A DNA stretch of 47,797 bases from a virus (lineage: Duplodnaviria > Heunggongvirae > Uroviricota > Caudoviricetes): the IMG/VR virus record IMGVR_UViG_2571042438_000008; one strand, 5' to 3'. Under the pieces are notes generated by a model. It saw only the letters and a program-made list of their open reading frames with translations, was not told the DNA's origin and made no database searches. The position numbers and the translations under genes are program-made. Of this stretch, positions 8,336 to 16,121 are shown in pieces; position 1 is the stretch's first letter, and the number at the start of each line of letters is the position of its first letter.

Positions 8336-8448
8336 TATTTATATAATTATAGATTTATATAAAAAGTGCTTTACGGGTGGGAAAAAATTTCCTATGGTTA
8401 TACCCGAAACCGAGCGATACCCGCCCTGGTTAAACCGGAGATAACCCG
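8336..8448 (+). promoter_or_regulatory. Promoter-leader cassette, copy 1 (AT-rich dyad motif, -35 TTTACG 8370-8375, 17-nt spacer, -10 TATGGT 8393-8398, conserved leader, GGAGA RBS)
   Basis: ~88 bp near-identical to 17311-17398 and 24189-24276 (two substitutions seen in this copy); sigma70-like hexamers with 17-bp spacing. Confidence 0.55.
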
Positions 8449-8829
8449 ATGAGCATGATTAAAATCCGCAAAAACGCTTTCCTTAAAATTCAAACTATCC
8501 TGGCTGGTTCTGTCGGCGTGATTTGCCGTTCTTCTTCAAGCCGCATCGATGACGGCTACGATGATGAGTATCGTGTGTCCTCGTGCGATGAGGCTTTAAC
8601 CTGGCTGAAGGAGAATCAGGAACGTGCCCAGGTATATCTGGAAACAGAGAACGGCAATCAGATGCTGCGTATTAGCGGTCGTTATGGATTTGAAACTACA
8701 TTCATGGCCTATTTTAATCAGGCTTACTTTGACAAGGAGCTGGCCTGGTACACTGACCGCATGAGCAAAAGCGAGCCAGCCCCGATTACACCGCCGAACA
8801 ATAAACCATTTTTATTCCTCGTTAAGTAA
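8449..8829 (+). CDS. Hypothetical protein (126 aa), first gene after cassette copy 1
   Basis: ORF with GGAGA RBS 9 nt upstream; no recognisable domain. Confidence 0.5.
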   Translation: MSMIKIRKNAFLKIQTILAGSVGVICRSSSSRIDDGYDDEYRVSSCDEALTWLKENQERAQVYLETENGNQMLRISGRYGFETTFMAYFNQAYFDKELAWYTDRMSKSEPAPITPPNNKPFLFLVK

Positions 8830-8892
8830 ACACAATGCGCAAAGTGTCATTTTGACACTTTGCGAGTGTTAATATTGTTCGAGGAGGATGCT

Positions 8893-9166
8893 ATGACGGG
8901 TTATGAATTGAAATTATGGCGTCGTGGGATGAATTGGACGCAGGAGCGAGCCGCTGAAGAGTTTGGGATATCGTTGGCTACATATAAGCGATATGAGAAG
9001 GGTGAGCCGCCGAGGGGGCATTGAGATGGCCATTCGCGTTCTGTCGTTTGACGATATGGTTAAGGATCTTTCACACCTTGATAAAGATGCGATTCTGTTA
9101 AGGCTGCAAACCCTTGTATGGGAAAAGGTTAAAGTGTCGTCAGAATTGGAACAAGGGATCAAATGA
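8893..9166 (+). pseudogene. XRE-type HTH protein gene interrupted by a +1 frame change at a G5 run (9014-9018)
   Basis: GAGGAGG RBS then ATG 8893; HTH-like segment LWRRGMNWTQERAAEEFGISLATYKRYEKGE; frame 1 stops at 9022-9024 and the sequence continues in the +1 frame to 9166; removing one G would give a single 90-aa ORF. Confidence 0.4.
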
Positions 9167-9216
9167 TCCTTTACGGATCGTTTTATGGTGGTGTAATGTA
9201 AGCGCCAGAAAGACAA

Positions 9217-9239
9217 AAACCGCCTTGCCGGGCGGTTTT
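9217..9239. terminator. Hairpin terminator (possibly bidirectional) after the 8449-9166 operon
   Basis: CCGCC-TTGCCG-GGCGG stem-loop flanked by an A5 run upstream and T4 downstream. Confidence 0.5.
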
Positions 9240-9953
9240 CAGTCTGAAATTTAAATCTTGCTTGGTAGGCTGGATTTAAAAAGACACCTCTTGATTGGGG
9301 CGGCTTTCTTGCGTCTAAAGATAATCAAATCTTTTTGCGCCTGCAACCCCTTTTTTACTGGTGCCCATTTCAGACTCACGCTCGCGTCGTTGTCTTTGCC
9401 ACTTCGTTGGGTTCGGTGTTTTTGGGCGAAGTGGCGCGCGGGTATGCGTACAAGGGGAAAGTGTGCTGACGCAAGCCAGGAACAGCGATCTAAACTAAGT
9501 CGAGTCTGAGAAAGGCAGGAGTGCGACAACTCGCCTGTGCTCTATGAGCAGAAGAAGGTATATCAGACGACCAATGGCATGATTGTGGGCCACAGGGCGC
9601 ACACGGCGGCGAAGCATTGGAAACGATGTGGAGCTATCTGGTGGCATGAGTTCCGGTACTCGATCTCGAGCTTTTTTTGATGCTTTTGAGAAGGGGCCGG
9701 AACTCCGGTAAAGGGCACCCTGTATGGGGGGAGGGGGGGTTGTGTCTGAAGGGTGGCTATCGGTTATGGTGGAATTATGATGCGTAGAAAAGCGAGTTTG
9801 CTGCAAGCTATTGGGTCCATTATTTCTTTGTTTCCGGCAGTTGATCATTTTCGTCATATGGCGACACGTTCGAGTATGGGCTTGGCGCGTGACGCTGACG
9901 CTATTCGAAAGGATTTTCAGAAAGTCTCTGGTGTTGATAAGAGAGAAAAGAGT

Positions 9954-9971
9954 AAGGGGCCGTAGCCCCTT
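9954..9971 (-). terminator. Hairpin after the antirepressor gene 3' end
   Basis: AAGGGGC-CGTA-GCCCCTT stem-loop; the minus-strand transcript continues into a U-rich tract. Confidence 0.4.
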
Positions 9972-9975
9972 GTAG

Positions 9976-11175
9976 TTATGGTCTGCTTTTCTGTGCCAGC
10001 TTATCAGCACATGTTTTTATCAGATCCTGTAGTGTCCTGGCTGGCAGGTTTGCATCCAGTACGCTGAGTATGCTGTTGTGATCTGCTTGGTCGACTACTT
10101 TGCCTGTCGGTGGTAGTAGCTTGAGCTGAGGATTCAGGTTTTCGTCAAAGCTGATAAGTGCTCTGGCGTTTCTGAGCAGATCAAGAAGTAAGGCTGATAT
10201 CACATTTTCCTGAGTCATTGCTGGCAGACTTAGCGCCGCTTTGGTTTTCCCTGTTGCCTTGTCAAACTCCTTGATTAGTTCCTTCCTGTAGTTCGGTTCC
10301 GTTAATAGCCGATTATGCTCTGTTGCCGCGCGGATAATCGTTTTTTCCTGGTATAGTCGTTTAGCCAGATCACGCTCGTACTGTGTTTTTAACACGCTGC
10401 TGATAGCGTTAAAGGCTTCAATGTAGGCCAGCTTGATATCTTTCACGCCTGGACCGTCGATGCTCTCCATGAGCAAGGTAAATCCGTCTTTTGTCATGCG
10501 ATAGATTGTTATTTCGCGGTCGCTTCCTTCCAGCGGTCGTTGCTCTTTAAAGAAGTGACGCGCCGCAGCCGTGCGAGGAATGCGTAGCGCATCGATGGCC
10601 ATAACGATGGAATTGTTTGTGGTGCTGAATGCCTGGGCAACATCGGCTGAGGTTGTGAGTGGCTCGTTGTTGCACACTTTAATGTAAAACATCGGTTTGG
10701 CGTTGAGCGTATCGACAACCTCACGAGCATTGCTTGGCGAGACGGTTACGGTCGCGGCCGTTTGCGCGTTCCGGCTGAAATAGCAGTCTTCCAGCCGTTC
10801 GAACACATCCCACGCTTGGTTAGTTTCAAGCATTTTGGCGTGACGTGCAGCCCCGCGTTCTGTCCAGAGAATGAGGGAGCGGGCTTTCGGGGAAATTTGT
10901 AACCCTCTTAAAGATGGTTGCACATTTTGTGAGTTACTTAAAGTAACCCGCAAATTTTGTGAGTGACTTAAAGTCACTCGCAAAGTTTTTAACTCATCGC
11001 CAGCCACTTTGAAAAAATGCTTTCCTTCAATAAAGCGGTTTGCGTTACGTGAGTAATTTTTTTTGATGTTATCAACGTCTGTGCCGTATAGCTTTGCCAG
11101 TAGTTCAGTAGTGATAACGGGGATCTGGTTATGCAGGATAGGCTGTAGGGTGTTAACGGTCGGAAGCGTTTTCAT
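9976..11175 (-). CDS. Antirepressor-like protein (ORF6N/KilA-N-like N-terminus plus Rha-like domain)
   Basis: N-terminal VITTELLAKLYGTDVDNIKKNYSRNANRFIEGKHFFKV and a central Rha-like segment, as recalled; 399 aa. Confidence 0.65.
   Translation of the reverse strand: MKTLPTVNTLQPILHNQIPVITTELLAKLYGTDVDNIKKNYSRNANRFIEGKHFFKVAGDELKTLRVTLSHSQNLRVTLSNSQNVQPSLRGLQISPKARSLILWTERGAARHAKMLETNQAWDVFERLEDCYFSRNAQTAATVTVSPSNAREVVDTLNAKPMFYIKVCNNEPLTTSADVAQAFSTTNNSIVMAIDALRIPRTAAARHFFKEQRPLEGSDREITIYRMTKDGFTLLMESIDGPGVKDIKLAYIEAFNAISSVLKTQYERDLAKRLYQEKTIIRAATEHNRLLTEPNYRKELIKEFDKATGKTKAALSLPAMTQENVISALLLDLLRNARALISFDENLNPQLKLLPPTGKVVDQADHNSILSVLDANLPARTLQDLIKTCADKLAQKSRP
10924..10983. repeat. Two tandem 30-bp repeats inside the antirepressor gene, each carrying a palindrome (GAGTTAC-TTAAA-GTAACCC; GAGTGAC-TTAAA-GTCACTC)
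   Basis: Units 10924-10953 and 10954-10983 differ at 3 positions, two of them compensatory for the inverted repeat; a degenerate third unit lies at ~10893-10923. Confidence 0.7.
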
Positions 11176-11399
11176 TTTGCACCTCCCATAACTACTTTGG
11201 TTACGAGGGAGATTTTTGCGTCAGAAACAGCGTTATCGTTGCTGGCGATGCGCATAGCTTCGCGCTCGATGATTTCAGTCAGGCGGAATTTATCGGCGTA
11301 TGAGGCTTTCTTGAGAAGGATCTTTACGAGGTTGACGTAATAGTCATGGGGTAGGTTTGTCATTGTGATATCTCCAGTATATGGAACTATCACCGCCAT
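11172..11399 (-). CDS. Small protein upstream of, and overlapping, the antirepressor gene
   Basis: 75-aa ORF with a 4-nt overlap to the antirepressor start. Confidence 0.4.
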   Translation of the reverse strand: MAVIVPYTGDITMTNLPHDYYVNLVKILLKKASYADKFRLTEIIEREAMRIASNDNAVSDAKISLVTKVVMGGAK

Positions 11400-11658
11400 T
11401 CGAGGCTAATCAAATGGTGGTGAGCCGTACAGGGTTAGCCTTACCGGACACAATGACGAACCGGCGCGGATTTCTCCGCCCCTGTACGACCCACCATAAT
11501 TTGGGCGTAACAGTGCTCTACGCATAAAAAAACCGCTAACGCGGTATGCGCCATCGTGTTATTCAGGAGGCTAATCCCGGCCGTAGATTTTGCTACGGCT
11601 CGGAAAGTGTCCACCAATGGCGCATTTATGTCAATACGGCGGGATTTTAACAGAGACA

Positions 11659-11673
11659 ACCACATAGCGTGGG
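11659..11673. promoter_or_regulatory. Degenerate operator-like dyad ACCAC-ATAGC-GTGGG upstream of the antirepressor operon
   Basis: 9/10 arm match to the ACCAC-N5-GTGGT dyad. Confidence 0.3.
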
Positions 11674-12116
11674 TTTATTGGTAGGCAGAAACAAAAAAAC
11701 CGCCCTATTGAGGACGGTTCTTTCGTGCTGATCGGATTCGCGGTCCTTTCAGCATTACGTTGTTGTATAAACAACCACGCAAGCACAAGCAGCAAGTTAA
11801 TTTTACCCAAAAGGTAATAATAGTCCACTATTATGCTTCAAAAAATTGTGGTTCTTGTTGTGCCTGCAAACTCACAGATTGTGGGTAGGTTACTGATTTT
11901 GTGAAAATAAACGAGTTTTTTCGTTTAATTTCTTTCCTATTACTAATCTTAAAATAATCGTAAAATACCTGTGGACCTTCCCGCCGATTCGCACCCGGGC
12001 ACCGACTTTAGGGGAGGATTCTCCGTTGCCGTACATGCAAGCACAAGCAGCCGTGCTTGCTCTCGCGTTGTTTTCGTCGGTGGGGATGCCGTGAAACGGC
12101 CTGTAAGGGCCATACA

Positions 12117-12239
12117 ATGAAAAAATACTGTATGTGTATTTTTATCGTTGTTACTGGGGCTTTGTTTACGCCACATGGGGAGGGTTGGAAGATTACTGAT
12201 AACGCTCTGAATGTGACGATAAACATTAGCAGCAAGTAG
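12117..12239 (+). CDS. Small hydrophobic peptide (40 aa; MKKYCMCIFIVVTGALF...)
   Basis: ATG 12117 in an otherwise ORF-poor, hairpin-rich region; followed 7 nt later by a strong intrinsic terminator. Confidence 0.3.
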   Translation: MKKYCMCIFIVVTGALFTPHGEGWKITDNALNVTINISSK

Positions 12240-12245
12240 CGATTA

Positions 12246-12268
12246 GGCCCCTTCGGGGGCCTTTTTTT
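12246..12268 (+). terminator. Rho-independent terminator
   Basis: GGCCCC-TTCG-GGGGCC stem-loop followed by T7. Confidence 0.8.
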
Positions 12269-12278
12269 ATGGCTGAAT

Positions 12279-12461
12279 TTAAACGCTGGAGCGCATTAAG
12301 CCTTTCAGAACTGCTTCACGTACCCATTCTGGCCTGGTGGATAGCAGGGCAAATAAGCAGCCAGCTTGCAGCCGTTTGAGGTCGGTTAGACGAGTTTTCA
12401 GTAACCGTGTATATTGTTGCTCGGACATAACAAATTCCCCTTGTTGTGTCGCGACGGCCAA
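12279..12461 (-). CDS. Hypothetical small protein downstream of the partition genes
   Basis: 60-aa ORF co-oriented with parA/parG; weak. Confidence 0.3.
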   Translation of the reverse strand: MAVATQQGEFVMSEQQYTRLLKTRLTDLKRLQAGCLFALLSTRPEWVREAVLKGLMRSSV

Positions 12462-12490
12462 CAGTTGGCGCTGGAGGCCGTCACCTTCTC

Positions 12491-12739
12491 TTACTTCTGG
12501 TTGTATTGAGCCTTGAGTAACTCAAAAGACTTTGTCAGCACTTCTTTCAATGACATATCCATTGAGCTGGCGAACGTTTTGTACTCGCGTTTAAATTCAG
12601 GGTCGACGTTAAACGCCATTTGTGCCCCACCTGATTTGGTTCTGGTTGGCGTTTCAGTCGGGTCGAAAACCTGCGGTTGTTCGATCGATGGCGGTACGCC
12701 TTTGCTGTTCTTCTTTGGTGGTTTTGATGGTGCGGCCAT
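12491..12739 (-). CDS. ParG-like ribbon-helix-helix centromere-binding protein
   Basis: 82 aa; basic N-terminal tail (PSKPPKKNSKG); C-terminal FNVDPEFKREYKTFASSMDMSLKEVLTKSFELLKAQY resembles the ParG/RHH family; directly downstream of parA. Confidence 0.5.
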   Translation of the reverse strand: MAAPSKPPKKNSKGVPPSIEQPQVFDPTETPTRTKSGGAQMAFNVDPEFKREYKTFASSMDMSLKEVLTKSFELLKAQYNQK

Positions 12740-12782
12740 GTGTATCCCCTCTTATATAAATCTATAAAACTATAATTATATA

Positions 12783-13451
12783 TTATGCGGCAGTAGTCAG
12801 AGCCTCAAGCTGGTTGATAATCCCCTGAATAACGTCGTCTGCCTTTTTGCGTGGCGCAACGTATGAGCACTCAATGAGGCTTAAGCCCTTATCCTGAGCT
12901 TTGCTCAGAGCTGGCTTGTGGGGAATGTACTTATCGACAACAAAGTATGGCGTATTAGCCAGGTACTCTTGGGCTTCAATATAGTCAGCTTCGTTTTCAG
13001 CCGCGCCGGAAAACACCATGCAAATTTTCTTGATTGGTACACCCTTTTTAACGATGCCGTGAGCAGTGTTAACGGTGGTTTCCAGGTCATCGGTAGAGAA
13101 TCGGGTTGGCAAAATAACCATATCCAGAAATTCAGATAGCTTCGGTACTGATTCAGATGCGTAGGCACCGCCATCGACGATAACCAGGTCGTATACTTCT
13201 GATTCGATGATTTTCTGGACTTGTGATGGTGTGCCGCACGGCTGCGCCGCGATTGCTGGTTCGATATTGTTGGCCATTCTGCGTTGTACCCAACGCGTTA
13301 CCGTTCCGTTAAGCACATCCATATCGATCAGGCATACATTCCAGCCAGCCTTTGCATAAGCAACTGCTAAAGCACGGGCAATTGTTGATTTGGTTACGCC
13401 GCCTTTTCCGTTGAAAATACCTACAGAGATAGTCATTTGTCGAGGCTCCAT
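12783..13451 (-). CDS. parA: ParA/ParF-type partition ATPase (type Ib)
   Basis: Deviant Walker A GIFNGKGGVTKST; ~220 aa; the true start may be the ATG at 13436, which has a GGAG RBS. Confidence 0.85.
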   Translation of the reverse strand: MEPRQMTISVGIFNGKGGVTKSTIARALAVAYAKAGWNVCLIDMDVLNGTVTRWVQRRMANNIEPAIAAQPCGTPSQVQKIIESEVYDLVIVDGGAYASESVPKLSEFLDMVILPTRFSTDDLETTVNTAHGIVKKGVPIKKICMVFSGAAENEADYIEAQEYLANTPYFVVDKYIPHKPALSKAQDKGLSLIECSYVAPRKKADDVIQGIINQLEALTTAA

Positions 13452-13586
13452 GTGTTTGGTTATATAATTCTATAAATCTATATTTATAGAACGAGGTAAG
13501 CATAACCAACTTTTTGGCTGATGAAAAGCGTTTTATATAATTATATAAATCTATAATCATATAAGCGGGCGTTAGCCCGCTTGCAG

Positions 13587-13961
13587 TCAGAGGTCAGCTA
13601 TCGTTGATATCAGTTGATTTGCTAGCTGTCGCTGTTTACGTGAGAGGGTTAGAGCAGCTTCTGAGCGGTCGCTAAGAGGGGGGGTTTCATCAAGAATCAT
13701 GAGGCATACAGAAATAATAGCCCTGTTATATGCCATCAATGGCTGGCACAGCTTCGATACCGCTGGCACATCGTATTGTAAGGCCGTTTTGAGGCAGACT
13801 TTTTGTTCTGATGCCAGATGAAGGATAGATTCTATCCAGTCGATATCTTTCTCATTATCAATGATTTGGCATAACATACACTCAATCGCTATGTTCAACG
13901 CTTGGATTTCGATTCCAGCAGTGATCAGAGTTTCGTTTTTATTGGCTGTATGTAATTCCAT
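13587..13961 (-). CDS. Hypothetical protein encoded immediately downstream of the repressor gene
   Basis: 124-aa ORF; operator dyad 13997-14011 lies between it and cI; hairpin 13564-13581 after its stop. Confidence 0.45.
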   Translation of the reverse strand: MELHTANKNETLITAGIEIQALNIAIECMLCQIIDNEKDIDWIESILHLASEQKVCLKTALQYDVPAVSKLCQPLMAYNRAIISVCLMILDETPPLSDRSEAALTLSRKQRQLANQLISTIADL

Positions 13962-13996
13962 GCGTAGCCTCTTTTATACTTTTACATGTTGTCAAA

Positions 13997-14011
13997 ACCA
14001 CAAAATGTGGT
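13997..14011. promoter_or_regulatory. Operator dyad ACCACAAAATGTGGT
   Basis: Perfect ACCAC-N5-GTGGT between the cI stop and the 13961 start. Confidence 0.5.
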
Positions 14012-14053
14012 TTTTTTGAGCGTAGAAATGCACGGCTTTCGCCGTGCTGTGTA

Positions 14054-14710
14054 TCATAACCAGTTGACAACACTAACTACGCGGCCAAGAACTTTATAAC
14101 GCTTAAATTCCTCGTTATTCAGATGCTTAGTGTTCATTTCAGCATCCCTTTCGGTTGACAGCATAACAGCATTGTCACCCGGTATGACTCTACAGTGCCT
14201 CAAAACAACCAGGCCATTTCTGTCTTCAAGGGCATAGATCCCCTCATGAATCTCTGTATCGTCTGTATTAATCAGGACTTGGGAGCCTGGGGATATTGTT
14301 GGTGACATTAACTCATCGTTGCTCTGGAGAACTGACAGAGACGATGGGTTGATGTTCTTGCTTCGTAGAATCTCCTGTTCTATCGCCAGCACTGGCTTTT
14401 CTCCGGCGTGCGATGCTATGTCATTTTTTATAGCTACAAGCCCAGGAATAACAGGAGCGTTAGTATTCTGGGGTGGGAACGGGTTATCTGTTAAGCACGC
14501 GATATAAGGCGCTGATGCTTTCAGGGCGTGCGCGATTTTCTTGATGGCAGGTATAGATGGTTGTCTTAATCCGGCCTCATAGTTCTGCAAGGTGCTTAAG
14601 CCTATTCCAGTGACTTGCTGGAGATCTCCGGCAGTCATGCCGGATTGTTTCCGTAGAGTCTGAATGCGCAGACCTATTTCTTTCTTGATGTTCTCGTCGT
14701 TGCTTTTCAT
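14054..14710 (-). CDS. CI-type prophage repressor (N-terminal XRE HTH plus C-terminal S24/LexA-like peptidase domain)
   Basis: HTH-like segment MTAGDLQQVTGIGLSTLQNYEAG; 218 aa with a C-terminal S24-type fold as judged from the translation; divergent from the cro-like gene with operators between. Confidence 0.85.
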   Translation of the reverse strand: MKSNDENIKKEIGLRIQTLRKQSGMTAGDLQQVTGIGLSTLQNYEAGLRQPSIPAIKKIAHALKASAPYIACLTDNPFPPQNTNAPVIPGLVAIKNDIASHAGEKPVLAIEQEILRSKNINPSSLSVLQSNDELMSPTISPGSQVLINTDDTEIHEGIYALEDRNGLVVLRHCRVIPGDNAVMLSTERDAEMNTKHLNNEEFKRYKVLGRVVSVVNWL

Positions 14711-14747
14711 GTCTCATCAATCGTGAATGGTGGGTTATTTATACATT

Positions 14748-14762
14748 ACCACATTTAGTGGT
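14748..14762. promoter_or_regulatory. Operator dyad ACCACATTTAGTGGT (cI-proximal)
   Basis: Perfect ACCAC-N5-GTGGT in the cI/cro-like intergenic region. Confidence 0.6.
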
Positions 14763-14829
14763 TTTCACATGGTAAGACGAGAGGTGGACCACAAATAGAA
14801 GGTTATTTTTTGTTTCGCCCATTGAAAAA

Positions 14830-14865
14830 CTCACGATATGTGGTTTTAATACCACGTATCGTGGT
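14830..14865. promoter_or_regulatory. Two adjacent operator dyads (CTCACGATATGTGGT 14830-14844; ACCACGTATCGTGGT 14851-14865), cro-like proximal
   Basis: Tandem dyads with 21-bp centre spacing just upstream of the 14885 start. Confidence 0.6.
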
Positions 14866-14884
14866 TTTAACTGGAGTTCGTTAA

Positions 14885-15379
14885 ATGACCTTTCAGGAGT
14901 GGGTTGACGAAAATGGAGGCCAAATTGGTGTTGCCAGAAAGTTTTGCTTTACGTCATCACTGATTGGTGCCTGGTATCGCTTCGAGAGATTCCCTCGTGC
15001 GGATAACCTGACGCTGCTGGTGGCGTATTCGGAAGGCCGGATTAACGTCCAGCAATGGGCGGCAGATTTTGCCGAACGTCAGCGCCAGCGTAGCGATGGC
15101 ACATCGGTTCGGCAGAACAAGATCAAAGGGAATCTCCCTGTTAACTGCTTATCAAGGCTGAAAGCGGTTTTCTCTGAGCTGGGGATGCCTGCGGAGCGTT
15201 GCAATCTACGCGGTCCGCGATTCATTGCTCGCTGGAAACACTCACACGTAACCGTTTCAGAGGTTCGTGATGCGATTACCGTGCTGGAGCTTAAGAATAA
15301 AGATTCCAGCGATATCGAGCTGATTCATAAGGAGATTAGCAACGCCCGGCGTTCAGCACTTGGGAGGCTTGAGGAATGA
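14885..15379 (+). CDS. Cro-like early regulator (putative)
   Basis: First gene of the rightward operon divergent from cI; N-terminal segment GGQIGVARKFCFTSSLIGAW resembles Cro/YdaS-type HTH. Confidence 0.4.
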   Translation: MTFQEWVDENGGQIGVARKFCFTSSLIGAWYRFERFPRADNLTLLVAYSEGRINVQQWAADFAERQRQRSDGTSVRQNKIKGNLPVNCLSRLKAVFSELGMPAERCNLRGPRFIARWKHSHVTVSEVRDAITVLELKNKDSSDIELIHKEISNARRSALGRLEE

Positions 15380-15891
15380 TGATTCTGGCCTTCTTTGGTG
15401 ATAATCACCAGATTCAATCGCAGGTGGTGCACTACCTTGATCAAACGATTAAAGGATTTGTTATCGATCATATTGATAACGATAGCAAACGTCTATCTGT
15501 AGAGCAGAAAATTGGAGGTGTGCAGCGACTGGTTGCCAGCCGTAACAGACGTGACACCGTAACAGTCGTTACGGGGATTACGGAGGTCATGGAGTACCAG
15601 ATGTTGCTGCATCGTGGAGCTGTTTTCTGCGTTCTTCCTGGTATTCTGCCAGCAATTCTTGCTCGTGGTTTTGTCCCTATTGATGAGTCGTTCTTATATG
15701 TAACCCCAAGCCGTTCCCTTCTGGATACGGAGGCGAAGCGTCGCATTTATATGATGCCGGACGAGGCATTTTCTGAATGTTACCGCCGTGAAATGAGGTT
15801 GGGTAAACGAGAAGTGTCTGTTGTTCGTGATGGCAGGTTTTTAAGAAGCCGCACGGTGAAAAGCACCAGAAATGACGGGGGCCATCAATGA
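15376..15891 (+). CDS. Hypothetical early protein
   Basis: 171-aa ORF, overlapping start/stop with neighbours. Confidence 0.4.
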   Translation: MMILAFFGDNHQIQSQVVHYLDQTIKGFVIDHIDNDSKRLSVEQKIGGVQRLVASRNRRDTVTVVTGITEVMEYQMLLHRGAVFCVLPGILPAILARGFVPIDESFLYVTPSRSLLDTEAKRRIYMMPDEAFSECYRREMRLGKREVSVVRDGRFLRSRTVKSTRNDGGHQ

Positions 15892-16121
15892 GTAGTTATG
15901 TTCGCGGTGCTGCGATGCATTGCCAGAATCCCCAATTCTGGCGCTTTCTGACCAGTAAAACAGGGAAGAACGTTTCAAACAGTTCTGAGGCCTCTGTGAT
16001 TCTGCGTGAGTTTTGCGGGATCTCATCCCGTAAAGAGCTGGCAAAGAACTACGCGGCCAGAAGCATGTATGTCCAGTTAATCAACGAGTTCAACCTCTTT
16101 ATCAATGGTAAGGGGCGCTGA
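15888..16121 (+). CDS. Hypothetical early protein
   Basis: 77-aa ORF in operon context. Confidence 0.35.
   Translation: MSSYVRGAAMHCQNPQFWRFLTSKTGKNVSNSSEASVILREFCGISSRKELAKNYAARSMYVQLINEFNLFINGKGR

Noticed and set aside
9495-10010. 171-aa minus-strand ORF
   Set aside because: Low-complexity translation (poly-P, poly-L), runs through a G-rich tract and overlaps the antirepressor terminator; likely noncoding.
12905-13174. ORFs antisense to or embedded in parA (12905..13174, 12918..13139, 13309..13560)
   Set aside because: They overlap the ParA ORF with its clear Walker A motif and the AT-rich regulatory region.
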